A stretch of 64,000 bases of DNA from an uncultured Thermoanaerobaculia bacterium (GCA_951812325.1 OX638294.1:529136-593135), one strand, 5' to 3'; positions 20,167-28,992 are shown, numbered from the stretch's first letter. Numbers and translations: made by a program. The notes: generated by a model from the letters alone, not told the origin.

Positions 20167-23100
20167 CGGCCATCGAACACGCGGTGCAGCCCGACCGCGT
20201 GCTCTTTCGAGCCATCCGCTCCCGGACCCGATCACAGCGCCAACCCGGCCAGCGAGAGCCGACCGATTCCGGCTTGTCGGTCGACGCCTGGGTCGGCGGC
20301 GATCTTGCGCGTTGTTCCGCGCTAGCTGCGCTTCGCAGATTCGGGCACGAGCATCCCGGCGCAGTTGCGGTCCGGGATAGAGAGATCTCCGCCTCGCACG
20401 CCGCAGTCGCCGCTCTCACCCCCACGCAGGCAAGCGCCCTGAACCTCCCCGAGCGCCCGCCCTTCTCGCTCAAGCTTGACGTCAGGGGCGTGATCGGCAG
20501 CGGGAGTTTCGCGCTCCGGACCGAGTGGCAGCGAGGCGGGCTGCCAGTCACGACACGTCGGCTGGGCGCCTTCCTCAACAGCGGACACGGCGACTTCCTG
20601 ATCCCCGAACCCCTTTTCTCCGCAGTCGAACTCGCTGCCAACTTCGATGCCGCTTCGACCGACATCTCCGGCCACTGGAGCGGGTTAGCCCGATTCCGCC
20701 GCCTGTTCGACGACCCGGCAACCGATAGCGCAGTCGAGATGACGCCCTTCCTCCGGGGTATCCGGATCTTCACTGTCGGGGCCTTGACCCTCGACGTTCG
20801 ACAGAGCGTCGACGGCGTCGAGTTCGATCCGATTCCGCTAAGCGCAGAGGCAAAGGAAGGAGCAACCGAAGACGCCAGGGAGATAGACGATCCGGAGTGC
20901 GTTCTGCCGAAGGACATGCTGAAACGTTTTCAGGCCGACCCAAGGACCGGCTTCTCCGCCTTCTCGACGGCCAAGCGGAGCTACCTGCTCGGCGCCAATA
21001 CCTACGTCCTCGTCGACGAGGACCTGCTCGCCGCCCTCGAGGTTGTCCGTGAGAAGCAGCAGGCGCCGCCCGAAGATCGACGGGGTTTCGCTGCGAATCC
21101 GGGCGCAGCGATCGCGGAGCGGCTGGCCGAAAGGGTGAAGCGGGAAAACCCGGATGCCGACGCGATCGACCTCGGAGAGGCGATCGAGGACCGGACGTCG
21201 CGAGTGTTCATCGAGACCGCTCACTACGCCAGGTGCGCCGAGGAAGCGGGAGTCTGGGAGCGCCCGCATGCGAAGGACCCACCCGATGGTTCGGGCGCCC
21301 CCCGGCCCGAGGAGATTGCGGAACAGGGCGATACGCAGCGGGCGCCCGAACTCGAGTCTCCCGGCGACATCGACCAACCTCGTACGGGACCGCCGCCCGC
21401 CCGCAGAAACGAACTCGACGATGCCGACGCTCTGCTGCTACTCGAACCGCGAAGGGAACTCGTGGAAGAGACTCCCTGGCCGGCGCGGGTCGAGACCAAG
21501 CCGTATCCGCACCAGATCGCCTGCTTCGAGTGGCTCGTCGCGTCCTGGGCAACGGGCCAACCAGGCGTGCTGAACGCGGACGATCAGGGACTCGGCAAGA
21601 CGCTGGAGACGTTGGCATTCCTCGCTTGGCTGCAGAACGAAGTCGATGCGGCCGGCGAAGGACCGGCGGACCTGAGTTGCCGGGCGCCGATCCTCGTCGT
21701 GGCGCCCACCGGGCTGCTTCGCAACTGGGAGACCGAGGTCGTTCAGCACCTCGGGGCCACCGGATTGTTCGCGGCCCATCGAATCTACGGCTCCTTCCTC
21801 AATCTGTACCGAAAACCCGGCCTCCACGGCGCAGATACGGGGGACGGTCGCAGCCGACTTCACTTCAAGCCCGTCCGCACAGCGGTCGAGAGAGACCGCG
21901 GCCACCTGCAGTGGATGCTCACGACCTATCAGACCCTGACGAACTACCAGCAGAGCTTTCGTCAGCTCTACTTCTCGACCGTCGTGTTTGACGAGATCCA
22001 GATGGTGAAGAACCCGGCAACGGCCCGCGCCCGGGCGGCGCGCTCGGTCCAGGCGGACTTCCGTATCGGGCTGACCGGAACGCCGATCGAGAACCGGACG
22101 ACGGACGTGTGGGCGGTGATGGAAGTCCTCGCCCCCGGCCGTCTGGGTTCGCTGCGCGACTTCGAAGCGCGCTACGGCGAACCCTCGAAGGAAAGCCTGG
22201 ACGAGCTCCACGGCCGACTCTTCGAACCGCAGCCCATCGCCGGGGACGGCGAGGCGCCACCGCTCGCGATGAGGCGTCTGAAGGAAAGCGTGCTAGCCGG
22301 CCTGCCGAGGAAGTCCCACACTCGTTACCGCGAAACGATGCCGCCGCGGCAGGCAACGGCCTACAACGAGGCCGGGAATCTGCTCCGGACCGGCGAGAGA
22401 GGCGCGGCCTTCAGGACGATTCACCGGCTGCGCGCGGTCTCTCTGCACCCCGACGACCCAAAGACCGCAGGTGGCACAACAGACGCCTACATCGAAGCCT
22501 CCGCCCGGCTGGCCAGGCTCAGTGCGCTACTCGACGACCTCCACGAAAAGGGCGAACGGGTGCTGCTGTTTATCGATGACCTCGACATGCAGGCGTTTGT
22601 CGCCCAGTGGCTGCGCTCCCGCTACGCCCTTGGCGAAGTCCCGATCATCAACGGTTCGACTCCCGTGCCCCGGCGGCACGAACAGATCCGCCGCTTCCAG
22701 AAGCATGCGCCCGACAGCCGCGAGTTCGACGTCTTCATCCTCTCGCCCCGAGCCGCGGGCTTCGGCCTCACTCTGACGGCGGCAACCCATGTCATTCACC
22801 TCACCCGGTGGTGGAACCCCGCCGTCGAAGAGCAGTGCAACGACCGGATCTACCGAATCGGGCAGACCCGGGACGTGACCGTGCATCTGCCGATGGCGAT
22901 TCACCCGGCGGAGCCCGAACGATCGTTCGACCACCTACTCGACGAGTTGCTCCGAAAAAAGGGGGAACTCGCCCGCTCGGCCCTGTGGCCTCCGGCCGCG
23001 TCGGAGAGCGAACTCGGACAGATGATGGAGGAGCTTCTGGGAACCGGCCCGACCGTTGACTCGCTGCCCCCGGTTGTCCGGGCCCCGGAACTCATCTGCC

Positions 23101-24575
23101 GGCAGACCTTGGACGAACCGCCCTGGACTCTGGCGTTGTCGGCGCCTGAGGACGTGGAGGTGGACGAGGTTCTCTTCGACGACGATCCTCTGGAGCGGTT
23201 TGAAAAGGACTGGGAGATACCGTCCTGCGCCGGCAGATTACACGTCTTGACCGCCGACGCCCGGGCGCACAGCGTCGAGCTCTTCTCCGGAACGCCGCTC
23301 ATCTTCAAGTTGCCCGTCAACTGGGAGGGGCCGGGGCGTCGCGTCCGAGCGACGGGGCGAGGTCACTATCTCGTCGTGGCGCCCGAAGGCTGGCGGCGAA
23401 CGGGACACGTACCGGTCGCGCCTGATCCCTGTGGCGACGGCTTCCTGGCGCACTACTTCCACTTTGACGCTCACGGGCCGGCCGATGAACAGCAAGGCTT
23501 CGAGGAGTGCCCGCTCCCTTCCGTCGGTCCCGGCTTCACGCTGGGCGGTGACCGGGTCTTCGATGACGCCAGGGACGGTGGACTCTTCGGCGAGACACCG
23601 GGTTTGAATCTGGCCCCTGAGGTTCGAGCGGCCTGGGTCGGCATGGCGGATGGCAACGGCTGGCAGGGCGAGACGTTCGATCCGCGCACGACGGAGCTGT
23701 GGGAGGTGCTGGGTGACCGCGAGGGCTCGTTCGTCCTTCGGGTGTACGACGAATGGGGCCTGCGCGACAGCGGCCGGTTCCGCCTGTTGCGGGGGCTTCG
23801 AGAGATCGAGGTCGCCGGCGAGCCCTACACGGAGGGCACTCTTCTTGTACCGGGCGAGCGGGGCCAGCGCCCGGTGGTCGTTCGGCTTAGAGCCTCCGCA
23901 GCCTGCACGACCGGCCCGGATTGGGTCTTCAACTCAAGGACAAGCACGCCAGCGCCGGACGACGAGCAAGTCGATCTCCCGGTTGCGACGAACTCGGGCG
24001 CGGCGATAGTCGTCGTTCGACCGCCGCGTATCTGGTGGCGGCTCGAAGCGGTCCGGGGTGATATCGGCAGATGGGGCGCCAAGCCAATCGAACTGACGCG
24101 CGAGGAATTCATCACGGCGGCGGAGAACCAGGAGGCGCTTGTGGTGCTGCTGCCTCGAAGAGTGTCGGGCGTTCGCGCTGGTTTCGACCCGGGGGACACC
24201 CGAAGCTATCCCGCAAACCTGGAGGACGGCAGACGCCTTGCACGGCTACCGCTTCTCGCTTTCCGTGACTACAGGGCGGTGGCCCAGCCCATGCCCGCGG
24301 AGACGACATTCCTTGTGATCGTTGAGACGCACACGATGACGCCGATTCGGCTGCGCGAGGAGATTCTCCCCGCGGGAGCAACCGACGAAGCCGTCGCCGT
24401 TGCTGAAACGTCGAGGAGCGAACAGGAGGCCGAAGCGGGCGCATTTCCGATCGAATCGCCGGATCCCGTCGATCGACGCGTGAGTCGTCGGCGCAAAGCG
24501 AATCGAGCCCTGAGCGTTTGGACGCTCAGGTTTCTGAAGTGGGCCAGGTCTTGGAGCTCTTCCCGGCGTGAATGA
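20163..24575 (+). CDS. zorD: ZorD-like SNF2-family helicase with a ~480-aa C-terminal extension
   Basis: SNF2 motifs present: YPHQIACFEWLV, NADDQGLGKTLETLAF, VVFDEIQMVKN, LTGTPIENRTTDVW, FILSPRAAGFGLTLTAATHVIHLTRWWNPAVEEQCNDRIYRIGQTRDV. The last ~480 aa (from PELICRQTLDEPPW) are paralogous to the C-terminus of the sigma-fusion protein. Confidence 0.75.
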   Translation: MTAIEHAVQPDRVLFRAIRSRTRSQRQPGQREPTDSGLSVDAWVGGDLARCSALAALRRFGHEHPGAVAVRDREISASHAAVAALTPTQASALNLPERPPFSLKLDVRGVIGSGSFALRTEWQRGGLPVTTRRLGAFLNSGHGDFLIPEPLFSAVELAANFDAASTDISGHWSGLARFRRLFDDPATDSAVEMTPFLRGIRIFTVGALTLDVRQSVDGVEFDPIPLSAEAKEGATEDAREIDDPECVLPKDMLKRFQADPRTGFSAFSTAKRSYLLGANTYVLVDEDLLAALEVVREKQQAPPEDRRGFAANPGAAIAERLAERVKRENPDADAIDLGEAIEDRTSRVFIETAHYARCAEEAGVWERPHAKDPPDGSGAPRPEEIAEQGDTQRAPELESPGDIDQPRTGPPPARRNELDDADALLLLEPRRELVEETPWPARVETKPYPHQIACFEWLVASWATGQPGVLNADDQGLGKTLETLAFLAWLQNEVDAAGEGPADLSCRAPILVVAPTGLLRNWETEVVQHLGATGLFAAHRIYGSFLNLYRKPGLHGADTGDGRSRLHFKPVRTAVERDRGHLQWMLTTYQTLTNYQQSFRQLYFSTVVFDEIQMVKNPATARARAARSVQADFRIGLTGTPIENRTTDVWAVMEVLAPGRLGSLRDFEARYGEPSKESLDELHGRLFEPQPIAGDGEAPPLAMRRLKESVLAGLPRKSHTRYRETMPPRQATAYNEAGNLLRTGERGAAFRTIHRLRAVSLHPDDPKTAGGTTDAYIEASARLARLSALLDDLHEKGERVLLFIDDLDMQAFVAQWLRSRYALGEVPIINGSTPVPRRHEQIRRFQKHAPDSREFDVFILSPRAAGFGLTLTAATHVIHLTRWWNPAVEEQCNDRIYRIGQTRDVTVHLPMAIHPAEPERSFDHLLDELLRKKGELARSALWPPAASESELGQMMEELLGTGPTVDSLPPVVRAPELICRQTLDEPPWTLALSAPEDVEVDEVLFDDDPLERFEKDWEIPSCAGRLHVLTADARAHSVELFSGTPLIFKLPVNWEGPGRRVRATGRGHYLVVAPEGWRRTGHVPVAPDPCGDGFLAHYFHFDAHGPADEQQGFEECPLPSVGPGFTLGGDRVFDDARDGGLFGETPGLNLAPEVRAAWVGMADGNGWQGETFDPRTTELWEVLGDREGSFVLRVYDEWGLRDSGRFRLLRGLREIEVAGEPYTEGTLLVPGERGQRPVVVRLRASAACTTGPDWVFNSRTSTPAPDDEQVDLPVATNSGAAIVVVRPPRIWWRLEAVRGDIGRWGAKPIELTREEFITAAENQEALVVLLPRRVSGVRAGFDPGDTRSYPANLEDGRRLARLPLLAFRDYRAVAQPMPAETTFLVIVETHTMTPIRLREEILPAGATDEAVAVAETSRSEQEAEAGAFPIESPDPVDRRVSRRRKANRALSVWTLRFLKWARSWSSSRRE

Positions 24576-24584
24576 AGCCGCAGC

Positions 24585-24734
24585 CACTCGACTTGGCGAT
24601 CGCCCGGTTCACACCGCCGGACAACACCGGCCGGTGTTCACTGGGCTTAGGGCGCGGAGTTCGTGCCGGCCCTACTCGGCCGCGAGGCCCAGCCTCCGAG
24701 GGCGCCCGTCGTTCCAGCTACGCTACGGGCCGCG
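24585..24734 (+). pseudogene. decayed internal fragment of a CoA-transferase paralogue, directly upstream of the intact gene
   Basis: PLDLAIARFTPPDNTGRCSLGLG, a frameshift, then AEFVPALLGREA...PRAPVVPATLR parallels residues PFDLAIAQFTPPDGNGNCSLGIGAGFLPALLERRE...PGAPTVPADRF of the downstream gene (nt 25045-25230). Confidence 0.6.
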
Positions 24735-25997
24735 ATGGAGAAACTCGCTCCCGAACAGGTCGGCTCGCTGCTCCGCCCCGGCATGAAAGTCGCCGTTCTG
24801 GGCGGCTGCAACGAACCTCGCGGCATCGCCGCCGCGCTGCACGCTCAGCCCGAGGCAACCGCCGGCGTGGAGTTCACGGTCACCCGCATCCCCGGCATCG
24901 CCTCGCCGACGCTCGCACCCTGGGCCGGCTCGACGGTGCGGAGCTTCTTCGTCACGCCCGAGATGCGCGCCGGCTTCGAGGCCGGCTTTGTCCGTTTCGT
25001 GCCGATGCAGTACCGGCACGTCTGGGACGATCTCGTCGCGGCGCCCTTCGATCTGGCGATCGCTCAGTTCACGCCGCCGGACGGGAACGGGAACTGTTCC
25101 CTCGGCATCGGCGCCGGCTTCCTGCCGGCCCTGCTCGAACGCCGCGAGGTCCCCTTCGTCGCCGAATGGAACCGCGCGCTGCCCCGGCTGCCCGGCGCGC
25201 CGACCGTCCCTGCCGACCGGTTCGAGTACGTCGTGCAAACAGAGGTCGAGCCGCCCACGCTTGCCAGCCGGCCCGGTCCGGTGGCTGAGCGCATCGGCGT
25301 CCTGGTTGCCGGCCTCGTCCGCGATGGCGACTGCATCGAAACCGGTGTCGGAGCGATCCCGGGCGCGGTGCTGGCGGCGCTGCACGATCACCGCGACCTC
25401 GGCTTTCACTCCGGCCTCCTGTCCGATGGCGTGATGGATCTCGTGGAAGCAGGCGCTGTCACCGGCGCCTGCAAGACGATCGACAGGGGGCGTCTGGTCG
25501 CGGCCATGGTCCTCGGCTCACCCGCCCTCTACGACTGGGCGAGCCGCTGCGATCTGATCGACCTGCGCACCGTCGACTACACCCATGATGTGCGGGTCAT
25601 CGCGAAGCTGGACAACTTCGTCGCGCTGAACTCCGCGGTCGAAGTGGACCTCTTCGGCCAGGTCAACTCGGAGATCGTGCGGGGCCGTCAGATCAGCGGC
25701 ACGGGCGGCGCCGTCGACTTCATGCGCGGCGCCCGGATGTCGGCCGGCGGACGCTCGATCGTCGCCTTCGAGGCAACCGCCGGCGGAGGCCGCTTCTCCC
25801 GGATCGTCCCGGCGCTGCCGGCCGAGCACGCGGCTACGGCGCTGCGGACCGACGCCGACACATTCGTTACCGAGTACGGTGTCGCCGAAGTCCGCGGGCT
25901 GGACATCGTCGAGCGGGCCCGGCGCTTGATCGCGATCGCCGCGCCTCGGTTCCGCGATGAGTTGAGCCGGCAGGCGGTCGGATCGCTTGAGGCCTGA
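24735..25997 (+). CDS. acetyl-CoA hydrolase/transferase family protein (4-hydroxybutyrate/succinyl-CoA:acetate CoA-transferase-like)
   Basis: The layout is typical of the family (GIGAGFLPAL; ETGVGAIPGAVLAAL; GLHSGLLSDGVMDLVEAG; NSAVEVDLFGQVNSE; SGTGGAVDFMRGA). The likely start is MEKLAPEQ at 24735; the ORF is open from 24663 through the pseudogene fragment. Confidence 0.8.
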   Translation: MEKLAPEQVGSLLRPGMKVAVLGGCNEPRGIAAALHAQPEATAGVEFTVTRIPGIASPTLAPWAGSTVRSFFVTPEMRAGFEAGFVRFVPMQYRHVWDDLVAAPFDLAIAQFTPPDGNGNCSLGIGAGFLPALLERREVPFVAEWNRALPRLPGAPTVPADRFEYVVQTEVEPPTLASRPGPVAERIGVLVAGLVRDGDCIETGVGAIPGAVLAALHDHRDLGFHSGLLSDGVMDLVEAGAVTGACKTIDRGRLVAAMVLGSPALYDWASRCDLIDLRTVDYTHDVRVIAKLDNFVALNSAVEVDLFGQVNSEIVRGRQISGTGGAVDFMRGARMSAGGRSIVAFEATAGGGRFSRIVPALPAEHAATALRTDADTFVTEYGVAEVRGLDIVERARRLIAIAAPRFRDELSRQAVGSLEA

Positions 25998-26005
25998 GAG
26001 TCGGC

Positions 26006-26474
26006 GTGCGCCGACGCTCAGCCGGCGGAGGCAGCGAACGGCCGGTCCTACGCCTTCGCGCTCGGCCTCGCCGACACGGCCTGGCGCCAACGCAGCAGGT
26101 TCGGCGTCTCCTCGGTGACCTGGGTGCGCCGACGCTCGGCCGGCGGAGGCAGCGGACGGCCGGTCCTACGCCTTCGCGCTCGGCCTCGCCGACACGGCCT
26201 GGCGCCAACGCAGCAGGTTCGGCGTCTCCTCGGTGACCTGGGTGCGCCGACGCTCGGCCGGCGGAGGCAGCGGACGGCCGGTCCTACGCCTTCGCGCTCG
26301 GCCTCGCCGACACGGCCTGGTGCCAACGCAGCAGGTTCGGCGTCTCCTCGGTGACCTGGGTGCGCCGACGCTCGGCCGGCGGAGGCAGCGGACGGCCGGT
26401 CCTACGCCTTCGCGCTCGGCCTCGCCGACACGGCCTGGCGCCAACGCAGCAGGTTCGGCGTCTCCTCGGTGACC
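26006..26474. repeat. 118-bp tandem duplication (4 copies) of the GST gene 3' end plus downstream sequence
   Basis: Minus-strand stop codons recur at 26402, 26284, 26166 and 26048. Each is preceded by the same 23 codons (VTEETPNLLRWRQAVSARPSAKA). The array fills the gap between convergent genes. Confidence 0.95.
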
Positions 26475-27013
26475 TTGAACCTGGTCACCCGGCCGAAGTC
26501 GATCCCGATCTGGGCCGTGATGTCGGCGATCGAGTACTCGTCGCCGGCGACGAACTCGCGGTCCGCGAGTTCCCGGTCGAGCCACTCCAGGCGCTTCGTC
26601 GCGTGGCTGCGCTGACCTTCTCCGTAGTCCGGGTACTGCTCGATGAGCTTGGCGAAGTACGGATGGGTGTTGCGGAAGACCTGCATGATCGGCAGGGCGA
26701 TCTCCATCTCCATGCGCCGCTGCCACATCTCGATGCGGGCCGCCTCTTCGGGGTCGCTGCCGCCCATCAGAACGGGTTCCGGCTGCAGCTGCTCGAAGTA
26801 GCGGCAGATGGCGACCGACTCGGCGATGAACGTGCCGTCGTCGAGCTCGAGCACGGGAACGCGGCCCAACGGATTCTTCTGGCGGAAGGGCTCCTGGCGG
26901 TTTTCGGCATTGCCCAGGTCGACCGGTACGATGGGAACCTCGATGCCCTTCTCGGCGAGAAAGATGCGGACGCGGCGGCAGTTGGGGGCGGTGGCGGCTT
27001 CGTGTAGCTTCAT
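26402..27013 (-). CDS. glutathione S-transferase
   Basis: 203 aa from MKLHEAATAPNCRRVRIFLAEKGIEVPIVPVDL...NPLGRVPVLELDDGTFIAESVAICRYFE, a thioredoxin-like GST N-domain followed by a helical C-domain. The ORF is open to 27166, but ATG 27013 fits the family. Confidence 0.85.
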   Translation of the reverse strand: MKLHEAATAPNCRRVRIFLAEKGIEVPIVPVDLGNAENRQEPFRQKNPLGRVPVLELDDGTFIAESVAICRYFEQLQPEPVLMGGSDPEEAARIEMWQRRMEMEIALPIMQVFRNTHPYFAKLIEQYPDYGEGQRSHATKRLEWLDRELADREFVAGDEYSIADITAQIGIDFGRVTRFKVTEETPNLLRWRQAVSARPSAKA

Positions 27014-27193
27014 GGCGTGGAACAGTCTCCTGGAGGGTCGGCTGCTGATGGTCAAGGGTTGGAAGAGGACGGACTCGCCGTGCAACCCGGGGGGCGCCCG
27101 AACCACCTGGCGCGCGAGTTCAAGGCTCAAGGCCTGCAAGAGGACGGGCGCGCAGTGTAACCGCATCCGGCGCGCGAATCACGGGGCGCACCG

Positions 27194-27991
27194 ATGATCG
27201 AACTGTTTGGCCAGCCGTCGTTCTGGGCGGCGCTGTTCTCGGTCACGCTGATCCAGATCGCGCTCGGCGCCGACAACCTGATCATCATCACGATCATCGC
27301 CAACAAGCTGCCCGACGCTCGGCGCAAGCAGGCGATCCAGCTCGGCCTGGTGCTGGCGATGGCGCTCCGCATCGTGCTGCTGCTGATCCTGAGCCTGGTG
27401 CTCGGGGCCGCGACGACCGAACTCTGGACCTTCGACGGGGCGTTCCTCGGCGTCGGGATGGCCGGCAGCGTCGACGGCAAGTCGCTCGTGCTCGTGATCG
27501 GCGGCCTGTTCCTGATCTGGAAGGGCATAAAGGAGCTGCGCATCAAGCTGAAGGCGGTCGAGCACGAGGTCGCGAAGGCAAGCCGCTTCGCCGAGGTGGT
27601 CACCCTGATCGTCGGCATGAACCTGATCTTCTCCGTCGACTCGATCCTGACCGTCGTCGGCATGACGGACATCTTCGCCGTCATGGTCGGCTCGGTGCTC
27701 ATCTCGGTCGCGCTGATGCTGGTCTTCGCCGGTCCGATCTCGCGGTTCCTCAGCTCCAACCCCGAGTTCGAGATCCTCGGCCTGTTCGTCCTCCTGCTGA
27801 TCGGCTTCGTGCTGATCCTCGAAGCGGGCCACAGCGCGCACCTGACCGTGAACGGCGCCCCCACCCCGTACATCCCGCAGTGGATCGTCATCTTCATCCT
27901 GCTGCTGATGTTCGCGCTCGACCTGTACCAGAACTGGTGGGAGCGAAAGCAGGAGGTCGACGCGGTAACGCTCCACCGGCGGCGCAAGTAG
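27194..27991 (+). CDS. TerC/Alx-family integral membrane protein
   Basis: 265 aa, multi-TM. The N-terminus WAALFSVTLIQIALGADNLIIITIIANKLP is the TerC-family signature. Confidence 0.85.
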   Translation: MIELFGQPSFWAALFSVTLIQIALGADNLIIITIIANKLPDARRKQAIQLGLVLAMALRIVLLLILSLVLGAATTELWTFDGAFLGVGMAGSVDGKSLVLVIGGLFLIWKGIKELRIKLKAVEHEVAKASRFAEVVTLIVGMNLIFSVDSILTVVGMTDIFAVMVGSVLISVALMLVFAGPISRFLSSNPEFEILGLFVLLLIGFVLILEAGHSAHLTVNGAPTPYIPQWIVIFILLLMFALDLYQNWWERKQEVDAVTLHRRRK

Positions 27992-28137
27992 CAGCCGCAC
28001 GCCCCCGCCGGGCGCCGAAGGCCGCACGGTCGACGCGGTAACGCTCCACCGGCGGCGCAAGCAGCAGCCGCACGCCCCCGCCGGGTGCCGAAGGCTGCAC
28101 GGTCAACGAGGTAACGCCCCACCGGCGGCGCAAGCAG
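27956..28137. repeat. 73-bp tandem duplication (about 2.5 copies) of the TerC 3' end
   Basis: The string gtcgacgcggtaacgctccaccggcggcgcaag occurs at 27956 and 28029, with a diverged copy (gtcaacgaggtaacgccccaccggcggcgcaag) at 28102. The TAG stop in copy 1 becomes CAG in the later copies. Confidence 0.9.
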
Positions 28138-28241
28138 AGGCAGGCTGAGCCGAATCGGGCGGTATACGATCCCCGCCCTCACATCCGTGGGGCCTTCGCC
28201 TGCCAGGCCCCGACTTCAACTCACTCCACTGGAAGCCGCCG

Positions 28242-28946
28242 ATGTCCGAGAACGATTCAGCCAGTCCGCCACTGCCCACTCTCGCCATGCTCGGCGCCAC
28301 CGGCGACCTTGGCGGCGGCCTCGCCCGGCGCTGGGCCGCGGCCGGCTACTCGATCGTCATCGGCTCGCGCTCGCGGGAAAAGGGCGCCGGCTCGGCCGAG
28401 GACGTGAACGAGCAGCTTCGCGCGCAGGGCCTGGCCCCCTCGGTCCGCGGCACGGACAACCTGAGCGCCGCCGAGGAAGGCGACCTCGTCGTGCTGACCG
28501 TGCCTTACGCCTTCCAGCGCGCCACGCTGGAGGCGGTGCGCGACGCGCTCCAGGGCAAGATCCTGGTCGACTGCACGGTGCCGCTCGTCCCGCCGAAGGT
28601 CGCGCGGGTGCAGCTTCCCGACGAGGGCTGCGCCGCGGTCATCGCCCAGCAGGCCGTCGGCCCGGATGTGCGCGTCGTCTCGGCCTTCCAGAACGTCGGC
28701 GCCGCCCACCTGCGGGAAGACGACGCGGTGGATTGCGACGTGCTGGTGACCGGCGACGATCCGGCGGCGCGCGCCGAAGTCATCGAACTGATCGAGGCGC
28801 TGGGGATGCGCGGCTGGCACGCCGGGCCGCTCGACAACGCCGCCGCCGCCGAGGCGCTGACCTCCGTCCTGATCCAGTTGAACCGCAAGTACGGCATTGC
28901 CGGCGCGGGGATCCGGATTACCGGCCAGGTGACCCGCACTCCCTGA
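28242..28946 (+). CDS. npdG: NADPH-dependent F420 reductase (F420H2:NADP+ oxidoreductase)
   Basis: 234 aa. It has a Rossmann start LAMLGATGDLGGGLARRWAAAGYSIVIGSRS. Size and context next to the cof genes fit. Confidence 0.75.
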   Translation: MSENDSASPPLPTLAMLGATGDLGGGLARRWAAAGYSIVIGSRSREKGAGSAEDVNEQLRAQGLAPSVRGTDNLSAAEEGDLVVLTVPYAFQRATLEAVRDALQGKILVDCTVPLVPPKVARVQLPDEGCAAVIAQQAVGPDVRVVSAFQNVGAAHLREDDAVDCDVLVTGDDPAARAEVIELIEALGMRGWHAGPLDNAAAAEALTSVLIQLNRKYGIAGAGIRITGQVTRTP

Positions 28947-28992
28947 AGACGGTCGGCTGACGACCGCCTCGCTTGCCGCACTCGCCGCACCC

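Noticed and set aside
26115-26472. Three identical 79-aa ORFs (MTWVRRRSAGGGSGRPVLRL...) as a small gene family
   Set aside because: They are by-products of the tandem repeat, read on the strand opposite the duplicated GST tail. They have no RBS and no family resemblance.
26006-26474. Possible CRISPR array, given regularly spaced identical units
   Set aside because: The units are contiguous 118-bp copies with no unique spacers. The sequence is the GST 3' end, and no cas genes are nearby. The same reasoning applies to the 73-78-bp arrays.
27014-27193. yybP-ykoY Mn2+ riboswitch upstream of the TerC-family gene
   Set aside because: The context is right, since TerC/Alx genes often carry it. The conserved GGGGAGUAG and GAGAC-type blocks were not found by eye. 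This remains unverified.
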